Shown here: positions 1 through 8,162 of the stretch, piece by piece
Layout: each line of letters opens with the position of its first letter
Numbering within the stretch: position 1 is the first letter of the stretch
Origin: Alistipes sp.
Lineage (GTDB): Bacteria; Bacteroidota; Bacteroidia; Bacteroidales; Rikenellaceae
Assembly (NCBI GenBank): GCA_021202985.1
Contig: JAJQCA010000072.1
Location: 8,681 to 72,680, forward strand
Direction: 5' to 3'
Length of the DNA: 64,000 nucleotides
Notes under the pieces: generated by a model
Databases searched by the model: none
What the model was told of the DNA's origin: nothing
The model's input: only the letters and a program-made list of their open reading frames with translations
Translations under genes and position numbers: made by a program

Positions 1-1371
1 CCATCGCGCAGCGCGGTGGCCGATTACGAGTACGGCATCAGGATGTTTATGGCCATCTTCAAAAGTTCGCTCAGAGACGAGACGGCACATATTATGGCCG
101 GTACCGCCGGCGGAGTTGTGGCACGCAGGTATGCGGATTATATCAGGGAAATCGAGCGGATAGCTTCGTCCTACCGCGAATTGCGGCGCATAATAGACGT
201 CCCCACCGTGCCCCGGGAGGTATTCGGTTACTTCATCTTCGGCGACGAGTTTATGAGCAACACCATCGAAAAGCAGCTCTTCCGCCTGCTGAACCACCTG
301 CAAAAATCCGGGCAGCGGCATGCAGAGAACCCACAGGGCCATGAGGTTGATTCGGAGACAGGCGCTCGCCGGGAGAAGACGGACGGGTCGTCCGCCGGGC
401 GGACGGGCGGGATTTGCCGGGAGATGGACGCCGGCCCCGCGGATAAGTGCCGGGAGGCTTCTGCCGGGCCAGCGGCCGGCAAAGGCCGGGATACGGCGGC
501 CGGATTTTCGGCGGAAGATTGCCGCACCACGATCGCGGGCCTTTCCGCCGTGGTTCGCCGGGAGCGTGAATACCGGATCGAGGCCGGTTTCCCCGTGGCC
601 GACCCCGCGGCAGCCGATAACAACCGAGCGGTTATACTCCACCGAAGCGTCCTCAAGAAATATATCGAAAGCGATCTTTTCCTTACCTCGCAGACCAAAC
701 GGGACGGGGTGGCTATGGAGCAGTTCTATTTCAGCATCGCCGCCGGACTGTCGATGATATTCGCCACGGCTATCGCGTTCTCGTTCCAGCAGCGGTTCGG
801 CAACTTTACCATGCCGCTGTTCGTAGCGCTCGTGGTGAGCTATATGCTTAAGGACCGGATTAAGGATACAATGCGTTACTATTTCGCACACCGGCTGAAA
901 GCCAAATATTTCGACAATAAGATACGGTTCGGCGTCCGGGACCGCACCGTGGGCCAGATACGCGAGGGGGTGGACTTTATTCCCGAGGAGCAGGTTCCCC
1001 GGGAAGTTATGGAATTGCGTAGCCGCACTCCCCTGCTCCAGGCCGAGAACCGTATCAGCGACGAGAAGATAATACTGTTCCGCAAGATGGTGGAGCTCGA
1101 CCCGGAGGTACTGCGCGGCGAGGAACACTACTCCATCGACGGAATAAACGACATTATGAGGCTCTACCTGAGCAGTTTCATCCTTAAAACCGACAACCCG
1201 GAAATACCTCTGCACTACCTCGACGGGCAGGACACCGTGCGTGTCGTGGCGGGCGAGAAGGTTTATTACCTCAATATCGTGGTGCAGCTCCACCACGGCA
1301 CCCAACTCGACTACCGCCGTTACCGGGTAACCTTCAGCCGTAACGGGATACGGGATATGGAGGAAATGTAA
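1..1371 (+). CDS. hypothetical membrane protein, 5' end probably outside the window
   Basis: ORF track 16..1371. The frame has no stop between base 1 and 16, so the GTG at 16 is probably internal. Two hydrophobic helices (FYFSIAAGLSMIFATAIAFSF, MPLFVALVVSYML). Residues ~97-200 form a Gly/Ala/Arg/Asp low-complexity tract. No family recognised. Confidence 0.6.
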   Translation, partial: PSRSAVADYEYGIRMFMAIFKSSLRDETAHIMAGTAGGVVARRYADYIREIERIASSYRELRRIIDVPTVPREVFGYFIFGDEFMSNTIEKQLFRLLNHLQKSGQRHAENPQGHEVDSETGARREKTDGSSAGRTGGICREMDAGPADKCREASAGPAAGKGRDTAAGFSAEDCRTTIAGLSAVVRREREYRIEAGFPVADPAAADNNRAVILHRSVLKKYIESDLFLTSQTKRDGVAMEQFYFSIAAGLSMIFATAIAFSFQQRFGNFTMPLFVALVVSYMLKDRIKDTMRYYFAHRLKAKYFDNKIRFGVRDRTVGQIREGVDFIPEEQVPREVMELRSRTPLLQAENRISDEKIILFRKMVELDPEVLRGEEHYSIDGINDIMRLYLSSFILKTDNPEIPLHYLDGQDTVRVVAGEKVYYLNIVVQLHHGTQLDYRRYRVTFSRNGIRDMEEM

Positions 1372-1430
1372 ATATTCTTTATTCATCATGAGGGAGTGCC
1401 GGGCTACTAAAGAGGCGGATTACACTATTT

Positions 1431-1741
1431 GTCATCCTGAGGAGCAGTAGTGACGAAGGACCTATCGCCGGCAAAAAATCATAAAAGATAGATTCTTCAC
1501 TTCGTTCAGAATGACATTAAGAGTGAGAACGGAGGGTCAGTTTTTCACTGCGTTCAGAATGACATATTCATTTACAATTGCAGCAGGTTCAAATCTGCAT
1601 TCAGAATGATAAATTCTATAATGTCATGCTGAGGAACGGAAGTGACGAAGGATCTATCGCCGGTAAAAAATTAAAAGATAGATTCTTCACTTCGTTCAGA
1701 ATGACATTTAGTGTTAATTTTCACTGCGTTCAGAATGACAT
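1431..1741. repeat. cluster of REP/MITE-like inverted-repeat elements (GTCATYCTGA...TCAGAATGAC family)
   Basis: Two ~87-nt hairpin-type copies (1431-1517 and 1622-1707), with left arm gtcatcctgaggagcagtagtgacgaagg and right arm gattcttcacttcgttcagaatgac. Each is followed by a solo motif ttcactgcgttcagaatgacat (ending at 1565 and 1741). A degenerate copy lies near 1598-1610. Confidence 0.8.
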
Positions 1742-1911
1742 ATTGATATAACAGCGGCCGGTTCGACGTTGTCGCCCGGAAGGATTTGCCTGGCTGCAAT
1801 TGCGGTCTTGTGAGCCGTTAAAGTACCGCATGGGAAGATTATATAGCACCATTATTGCGGTCCGGGTATTATGTATCGGATAAAAAACTAACTTTGCACC
1901 CCGGAAAGATT

Positions 1912-2415
1912 ATGGAAGAGCTGAAAACCTTTTTACCCCAGATAATAGCGACCGTGGTTGCGGTACTGCTGTTGTGGCTGTCGAAGATGGTCACGGCCAA
2001 AATTGTCAACAAATACGGCACCCTGCTCCAGAAGTCGGAAATCCGCCGGCTGCAGATCCGGCAGGTAATCTCCATACTGCTCAATATCCTCTTCATTATT
2101 GTGATTGCTTTCATCTGGGGAGTGAAAACCAATAACCTGTGGGTAGCCATTTCGTCGATTATAGCTATCCTCGGGGTGGCTCTGTTCGCCCAATGGTCGG
2201 TGCTGAGCAACGTGACGGCGGGTATAATTATGTTCTTCGGCGCTCCGTTCCGGGTGGGCGACGAAATTACCATTATCGACAAGGATATCCCAATCGAGGC
2301 CACTATCGAGAACATCCATACATTCTATACCCATATCCGCAAATCGGACGGTCAGCTTATCGTTATTCCAAACAATTTGTTTCTCCAGAAAATAGTGTCG
2401 ATAAAAAACCAGTAA
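1912..2415 (+). CDS. small mechanosensitive ion channel (MscS family)
   Basis: ORF 1855..2415 opens with TTG; the first ATG is at 1912 (MEELKTF). Three N-terminal TM helices are followed by NVTAGIIMFFGAPFRVGDEITI, the typical MscS pore-helix/beta-domain junction. Confidence 0.8.
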   Translation: MEELKTFLPQIIATVVAVLLLWLSKMVTAKIVNKYGTLLQKSEIRRLQIRQVISILLNILFIIVIAFIWGVKTNNLWVAISSIIAILGVALFAQWSVLSNVTAGIIMFFGAPFRVGDEITIIDKDIPIEATIENIHTFYTHIRKSDGQLIVIPNNLFLQKIVSIKNQ

Positions 2416-2516
2416 GGGTGCGGCCGGACCTCCGGCGTTATTCACCAGCGGCACAATCATAACCCGGACCGGGGAAAGAAGCATCACGGCAGCACCGGTC
2501 ATGATACCCTGCTCCC

Positions 2517-4202
2517 CTATTCAGTCCTCCGGAAGCGGTACAGCCCGATATAATCCTTCACATCGTTCCCTTTGCGGGCGCTCCGCAGCACCAACTCAGT
2601 CTCATACGATGCGCCGTAGGCGGCCTGCCAGTGCGCAAAATCGGCATCGCCGGCAAGCAGGACCCCTTCCGAGGGATGGTCGCGCTGGAACCGCACCACG
2701 CGGTCGCCCGCGTAGAAGTTGACGATAAAGAAATGGAGCATCGGTTCGGTGACGTAGGAATAGATAGTTCCTTCCGGCACCGCGGCGACGACCTCCTCAG
2801 CAAAAGGCTTCATTGACTTTTCGTTCAGAACCGCCGGCTGGAGGGAGCCGTCGAGCACTATCTGGGTTGAGTAGAACAGCGCGAGAGTGGCGAACAGGTA
2901 CCTGATATCCACGACTTTGGGCTTGCGGCGGGCGAACCATACCAGCACGGCCGCGGGAAGTGTTACCCACAACGCCGACCATCCGCCGCCGGGCATTTTC
3001 GCGGCCACGCCGGCGACCGCTTCCACCCCGGAAAACAACCCCGAGGCAAGCGCAACGGTGACCGTGATTACTGCAACCGCCACCACCTGGATAAATACCC
3101 CGAAAATCCTCCACGCCCTCGGCGCCCGCTTAACCAGCCAAATCAGATACTCGGCGACGAAATAGAGCAGGAACGGATATATCGGTAGCAGGTAAACCGA
3201 CCGTTTACTCTTGGGGATACAGAAGAAAACAAATATCAGCACGACGCAAAGCAGGCTGAACAGCCTTGCCGGTTCCATCTGCCGAAGCCGGCGCCAGCCA
3301 CCGGACAGGATGTCCGCCACCTTACCCGCAGGCCTGCGGTAACGCAGGAAAAAGAGCGAGATGGCCAGCAGGAGGGTCCACGGCAACAGCCCGGCCGCCG
3401 TTATATAGTAATTGTAGAATACCGATTGTTCATGCGAACGGTAGGACATTTTGCCCAGGAACCGGCCGAAGTTCTCCTCCATCACAAGGTCCAGGAACTC
3501 CTGCCCACCCTGCCTGTAAGCCGCCGCATACCAGAGGGCCGGAAGCACGCATGCCGCGACAGCACAGCCCGTCAATTTGAAAAACACCGGGAAGAACCGG
3601 TATCCCCTCATCAGCAGGAAAGCCCCCGTTACCCCGCAGGGCAGTATTATCCCCACCGGACCTTTCGTGAGAGTGGCAAGGCTCATAAAGAGCACCGCCC
3701 AGACCGGAACGCCCCGCGTACCCTTCTCATACCAGAGGTAAAATTGCAGCAGGGCCAGCACTATAAAAGCCGTCAGCACCATGTCCACCCGCGTGGCCAC
3801 GGCCGCACGGTGAGTCTCGAATGTGAGCAACATCAGTACGGATGCCACCAGCGCTGCCGTGCCGTCCAGCCGTTTGCGAAAAAAAACGTAGCACGCCATC
3901 ATCATAGCCATGAACGCCACCACGGACGGTACGCGGGAGGTGTACTCGTTTACCCCGCCCGTCGGCATCGATACCGCGGCGATGGCCCAGTGAAACAGGG
4001 GAGGTTTGTAGGCGATGTCCTCGCCATTGTTTACGGGCAGAATCCAGTTGCCGGTCCGGAGCATCGACACGGCAACTATCGCCTCGCGCGGAGCGCCTTT
4101 GGTGTTGTAATCGGTAAGCCCGAGGAACGGGAAAAATGAGAATGCCGCAAGTATCAACAGCAGGTAAAACGTCCGGCGGCAGGTGATGTTCTGCATATTC
4201 AA
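2517..4202 (-). CDS. GT39/ArnT-like lipid-linked-sugar glycosyltransferase (multi-pass membrane)
   Basis: 561 aa with many hydrophobic helices. The N-terminal region (YNTKGAPREAIVAVSMLRTGNWILP...DIAYKPPLFHW) is typical of ArnT/PMT-type transferases. Its start overlaps the upstream GT2 stop by 4 nt. Confidence 0.8.
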   Translation of the reverse strand: MNMQNITCRRTFYLLLILAAFSFFPFLGLTDYNTKGAPREAIVAVSMLRTGNWILPVNNGEDIAYKPPLFHWAIAAVSMPTGGVNEYTSRVPSVVAFMAMMMACYVFFRKRLDGTAALVASVLMLLTFETHRAAVATRVDMVLTAFIVLALLQFYLWYEKGTRGVPVWAVLFMSLATLTKGPVGIILPCGVTGAFLLMRGYRFFPVFFKLTGCAVAACVLPALWYAAAYRQGGQEFLDLVMEENFGRFLGKMSYRSHEQSVFYNYYITAAGLLPWTLLLAISLFFLRYRRPAGKVADILSGGWRRLRQMEPARLFSLLCVVLIFVFFCIPKSKRSVYLLPIYPFLLYFVAEYLIWLVKRAPRAWRIFGVFIQVVAVAVITVTVALASGLFSGVEAVAGVAAKMPGGGWSALWVTLPAAVLVWFARRKPKVVDIRYLFATLALFYSTQIVLDGSLQPAVLNEKSMKPFAEEVVAAVPEGTIYSYVTEPMLHFFIVNFYAGDRVVRFQRDHPSEGVLLAGDADFAHWQAAYGASYETELVLRSARKGNDVKDYIGLYRFRRTE

Positions 4203-5188
4203 TCCTGTCTGTTTGGGTTTTCAGTCGAAGGCCGGGCCACGGTGCAGTCCGCCTCCCGGTCGAAATTCAGCCTGTGGGCCACTATGTATTCCGGGCGGTT
4301 TTTGGTCTCGTCGTAAATGTTACCTATATATTCACCGAGTATCCCGATGGTAAAAAGCTGTATACCGCCCAGAAACAGGATGATTATTATGGTGGATGTC
4401 CACCCCGGCACTATTCGATCGGCCGCGAAAATCTGTAAATAAAGCACCCAAAGCACGATCGCCAGCGACAGGACCACCGAAATGACGCCGAGCGAAATAG
4501 CCAGTTTAAGCGGTTTTTTGGAGAACCCGAAGAGGCCCGCCGCCGCAAGTTTCACCATCTTGCGAAGGGTGTATTTCGTCTGCCCTGCAAGCCTCTCGTC
4601 GCGGTCGTAATAATAGGGTACTTGGCGGTATCCCATCCAACTGAACAGCCCTCGCAGGTATTTGTGTTTCTCGGGAAATTGCAGGAAAGTGTCGAGCACC
4701 TGCCTGTCTATAAGCCGGAAATCTCCCGTATCGACCGGGAATGAAAAGTCCGACAGCAGGTTGAGCGAACGGTAGAAGATCTTGGCCGTCCAGAGCTTGA
4801 AGCGCGATTCGCCTTTACGCTTATTGCGCACGGCATACACCACGTTGGCCTGCTCCCGGCGCCATGTCTCTACCATGCCGGGTATTACCTCGGGTGGGTC
4901 CTGAAGGTCGGCGTCTATGATTATTACCACGTCGCCCGAGCAGTTATGCAGCCCGGCCGTCACGGCACACTGGTGGCCGAAATTGCGCGAGAAAGTGAGT
5001 ACCTTCACCCGCCGGTCGCCGGCGGCGAGCCCGGCGAGAATCTCCCCGGTGCGGTCGCGGCTTCCGTCGTCGACGTAGATTATTTCGTAGTCGTATCCTT
5101 CCGCCGCCATTACGGCCCGGAACCGATCGTACGAAGCCGGAAGGACCTCCTGCTCGTTGTAGCACGGTATTACGATGCTGAGTTTCAT
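4199..5188 (-). CDS. GT2 polyprenyl-phosphate glycosyltransferase (ArnC/DPM1-like)
   Basis: MKLSIVIPCYNE, YVDDGSRDRT and IIDADLQDPPE motifs, plus two C-terminal TM helices. Confidence 0.85.
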   Translation of the reverse strand: MKLSIVIPCYNEQEVLPASYDRFRAVMAAEGYDYEIIYVDDGSRDRTGEILAGLAAGDRRVKVLTFSRNFGHQCAVTAGLHNCSGDVVIIIDADLQDPPEVIPGMVETWRREQANVVYAVRNKRKGESRFKLWTAKIFYRSLNLLSDFSFPVDTGDFRLIDRQVLDTFLQFPEKHKYLRGLFSWMGYRQVPYYYDRDERLAGQTKYTLRKMVKLAAAGLFGFSKKPLKLAISLGVISVVLSLAIVLWVLYLQIFAADRIVPGWTSTIIIILFLGGIQLFTIGILGEYIGNIYDETKNRPEYIVAHRLNFDREADCTVARPSTENPNRQD

Positions 5189-5193
5189 TCGGG

Positions 5194-5622
5194 TTATACT
5201 TTTTTCATACGGCCCGGGCGCCTTCCGGAGGCGAAGGTGACGGTGCGGTTCAGTACGAAACTAACCACCGTGTAGAAACCCATCGCCAGCAGTTGTGCAA
5301 GGTACCGGTTCACACCCAGCCGTCCCACCGACAGGGTAAGCAGCCAGTATTGCAGGCCGTAACATATAACGAAGATAATGATAAAAATGGTGAATTCCCT
5401 CACCGCCCCGGAATTACGCGAACCGAAAACCCACAACTTATTCCAGAAGAAAGAATTAATCACCCCCACCCCGTATCCGGCGGCGTTGGCCAGCCGGTAG
5501 TCTACCGAGAAGGCTCCCATCAGGATGTAGGTCACACCCAGTCCGATGGCAGTATTGAGCAGGCCCACAAGCACAAAGCGCATGAACTGCCGCACGGTAA
5601 TCTTATCGGTTAGTTTCTTCAT
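5194..5622 (-). CDS. GtrA family membrane protein
   Basis: 142 aa with four TM helices and an FVLVGLLNTAIG-type N-terminus. First gene of the gtrA-GT2-GT39 operon. Confidence 0.8.
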   Translation of the reverse strand: MKKLTDKITVRQFMRFVLVGLLNTAIGLGVTYILMGAFSVDYRLANAAGYGVGVINSFFWNKLWVFGSRNSGAVREFTIFIIIFVICYGLQYWLLTLSVGRLGVNRYLAQLLAMGFYTVVSFVLNRTVTFASGRRPGRMKKV

Positions 5623-5827
5623 CTCGAGTTACAGGGCGCTCACGGGGATTTTCAGCAGCGCTAAGTTACTCAACATTCCCTTTACGGCAAAACCGGCGGG
5701 GAGGGGAACGTGAGGATGGAGGGGATATAATAAACGTGGGATGTCCTCAAGCGGAGCGATGGGTGTCACAATAAGGGCGGGCGGGGGTGTACCGGATTTG
5801 ACGTTATAAAAGACAGATTCTTCGCTT

Positions 5828-6247
5828 TGCTCAGAATGACATTGCACTGCAATCGAATGATATTGGAAAAGTTCTTCGTTTCGCTCAGAATAACATAGCA
5901 CCGCAATCGAATGATATTGGAAAAGTTCTTCGCTTCGCTCAGAATGACATAGCGTTGCATTTGAATGATATTGGAAAAGTTCTTCGCTTCGCTCAGAATG
6001 ACATAGCGTTGCATTTGAATGATATTGGAAAAGTTCTTCGTTTCGCTCTCAGAATGACATAGCACCGCAATCGAATGATATTGGAAAAGTTCTTCGTTTC
6101 GCTCTCAGAATGATGTAGAGCTGCAATCGAAGATAATGGAAATGATTCTTCACTGCGTTCAGAATGACATTTTAAAGGATTATTCCCTGCGTTAGAATGA
6201 CACTGCAAGGGATTTCTCGCTCCGTTCCGAATGACAGGTACAACTCC
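5828..6247. repeat. tandem array of 54-56 nt units built from the REP-like GAATGA motif
   Basis: 54-nt units at 5828-5881, 5882-5935, 5936-5989 and 5990-6043 (the last two identical). 56-nt units at 6044-6099 and 6100-~6155. Three degenerate single motifs continue to 6247. Both halves of each unit are conserved, so there are no unique spacers. Confidence 0.9.
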
Positions 6248-6315
6248 ATTTTTTTAAGCCGGGCGGTATGAAAAAGGCGGACCTTACGGTCCGCCTTTTG
6301 AGTATCGAAAACCGC

Positions 6316-7245
6316 TTAATAGCCCTGCCGGGCGAAAAAATTCTCTATGAGGAAAACCTTGTCCACGTCCTTCATCAACACCGTCTTGTCGCGGTCGAGC
6401 AGGTAGAGCGACGGTATGGCCCGCAGGTCGTAGGTCTGGCCGTTGCGTATCCCGAGCGTGGCGTCGTAAGTCCGAAGCCACTCGGAGGGCATGTCGTCGA
6501 GGTGATTGCGCCAGGCGGTAAGGTCCTCGTCGGGATAAACCGCGATAATTTTCAACACCCCCTGCCGGACGAGCGGCATCAGCATACTCCCGGACTCTCG
6601 GATAGTGCGGGTAACCTCTTCGCAGTAATTGCAATCGGGATTGTTGAAGTAGACCAGCGTGTAGTCGGCATCGATGTCGTAGAGCCTGATTTTACGCCCC
6701 GCGGCGTCGGTAACGGTAAAATCGGCCGCCCGGGTGCCGAGGCGGTTCTTCATGGCGGCCGTTAGCTGGGCCTGCGGTCGGAGTTTGTCCAGCTCCTCGA
6801 CCTTCGGGGAAGCGATGATACTTTCCAGCACCGGTATGTACAGCTCCTCGTTACGGAACGGAGAGTTGGGGTCGTCGAGGTACTTTTCGAACAGGTCGGT
6901 GAAGTGTTCGTATATCGCCCGGGTGTCGGCCGAGCGGGATATCACCACATCGATACCCCGGCGCGCAACTTCTGGCTGTACCACCCCCAGCAGCATTAAA
7001 TAGTCGACGAATGCCTGCTCGGTGATATCGGGCAGGTCGATATATGTGGTATCGGCGAAATCGAAATTGTCCCAGTAGTGTACCGCGAGGTATTCGGCCT
7101 TTTCCTGGTCGGTAACCAACACCGACGGGATATCCGGAATCCTGATTTTTTGCGGCCCCGAAGATTCGGCCGGGGTGCCGCTACCGCCGCGGCCGAGGCA
7201 TGAAACGGCCACTAAAACCGTCAATAAGGGCAACAATCTTTTCAT
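6316..7245 (-). CDS. DUF5106-type / thioredoxin-fold lipoprotein (TlpA-like)
   Basis: ORF 6316..7272; the likely start is MKRLLPLLTVLVAVSC (lipoprotein signal) at 7245. HYWDNFDF region. C-terminal thioredoxin-like YFNNPDCNYCEE (CxxC). Confidence 0.7.
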   Translation of the reverse strand: MKRLLPLLTVLVAVSCLGRGGSGTPAESSGPQKIRIPDIPSVLVTDQEKAEYLAVHYWDNFDFADTTYIDLPDITEQAFVDYLMLLGVVQPEVARRGIDVVISRSADTRAIYEHFTDLFEKYLDDPNSPFRNEELYIPVLESIIASPKVEELDKLRPQAQLTAAMKNRLGTRAADFTVTDAAGRKIRLYDIDADYTLVYFNNPDCNYCEEVTRTIRESGSMLMPLVRQGVLKIIAVYPDEDLTAWRNHLDDMPSEWLRTYDATLGIRNGQTYDLRAIPSLYLLDRDKTVLMKDVDKVFLIENFFARQGY

Positions 7246-7463
7246 AATGTTAAAATATTTTATGTCCGGCAACGTCTATATATGCGTGAGCAAAAATAAA
7301 CATTTATCCGAGACCTTAAATACACCCGGCTTATGAACTCTCCGAAGATGCCCGAAACCGCGAAACAGGACTCCTCCGCAGCCATGCCGGCGGCCGGATT
7401 GGACAGAAATTCCGCATATTTATATACATTCTTCCTTTTGACATTAAAAAACTGTTAAAACAA

Positions 7464-7492
7464 GAAAACTTTTTTTGGTTTTAAAAGTTTTC
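7464..7492. promoter_or_regulatory. 10-bp inverted repeat, candidate TetR operator
   Basis: gaaaactttt (7464-7473) and aaaagttttc (7483-7492) are exact reverse complements separated by 9 nt. They overlap the -33 element of the promoter below. Confidence 0.4.
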
Positions 7493-7505
7493 AGACATAC
7501 TTTTG
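7474..7505 (+). promoter_or_regulatory. Bacteroidetes-type promoter (TTTG-N20-TAcTTTTG) for the TetR/efflux operon
   Basis: TTTG at 7474-7477 and TActTTTG at 7498-7505, 25 nt upstream of the ATG at 7530. Matches the TTTG/TAnnTTTG consensus. Confidence 0.5.
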
Positions 7506-7529
7506 CCCCGGATATTAAAACACCGAATT

Positions 7530-8162
7530 ATGTCTTTGAGAGAACGGATAATCACGGAAACAACGAATATGTTCGAAACATACGGCCTCAAATCGATCCG
7601 TATGGACGACATAGCCGGACATCTGGGCGTATCCAAACGGACCATTTACGAGATTTTCGGGGACAAGGAAAACCTTATACTCGAATGTATGCGTTACCAC
7701 TCCAGGGAACACGTACACAAAAAATTATCGGGAACGGGTGAAGATATGAATATTATAGAGGAGATGCTCTATATACTCGACAGTTGGGACAAAAACATTA
7801 ATGTCAACTATAAACTGGCCTTAAACCTGAAAAAATTCTACCCCAAGGTTTTCGACATAATATCCGAGGAGAACCAGGAAGAAGGTTACGCGAAGTTAAG
7901 AAAGAAACTGATAAAAGGGGTGGAAGACGGTTTGCTGGCGGATAATATAAACTACGACCTTGCAATTTCGATTTTTTCAAACTCTATCTACGGGCTGACC
8001 AACCGGCAGAACCTTATCCTGCCAAAGAACGTTTCGGAGAAAGACGCGTACAAATACGTGATTACCTATTTTTTCCGTGGCATAGCCACCGAGAAGGGAA
8101 TAAAGATGATAGACGAATATATAGAAAAGGAAAAGAGTAAAACGAAAAGAAGAAGAAAATGA
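7530..8162 (+). CDS. TetR/AcrR family transcriptional regulator
   Basis: The N-terminal HTH (FETYGLKSIRMDDIAGHLGVSKRTIYEIFGDKENL) is a typical TetR_N domain. ATG at 7530 (ORF 7503 opens with TTG). The gene is AT-richer than its neighbours. Confidence 0.85.
   Translation: MSLRERIITETTNMFETYGLKSIRMDDIAGHLGVSKRTIYEIFGDKENLILECMRYHSREHVHKKLSGTGEDMNIIEEMLYILDSWDKNINVNYKLALNLKKFYPKVFDIISEENQEEGYAKLRKKLIKGVEDGLLADNINYDLAISIFSNSIYGLTNRQNLILPKNVSEKDAYKYVITYFFRGIATEKGIKMIDEYIEKEKSKTKRRRK

Noticed and set aside
228-757. ORFs 228..698 (minus) and 320..757 (plus) as genes overlapping the first CDS.
   Set aside because: They lie within the GC-rich low-complexity tract where every frame is open. They have Arg/Pro/Ala-rich composition and no start context or recognisable motifs.
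5629-6208. ORFs 5629..5901, 5766..6065 and 5993..6208 (minus), and similarly 26680..26916, as small protein genes.
   Set aside because: They are translations of the REP-like repeats (HSERSEES and VILSEAKNF peptides). They overlap each other in different frames and have no independent coding signal.
5828-6247. Possible CRISPR array, because of the regular ~54-nt periodicity.
   Set aside because: The segments between the core motifs are themselves repeated (two variants, with neighbouring units identical), so there are no unique spacers. No cas genes or leader are present, and the motif also occurs singly elsewhere.
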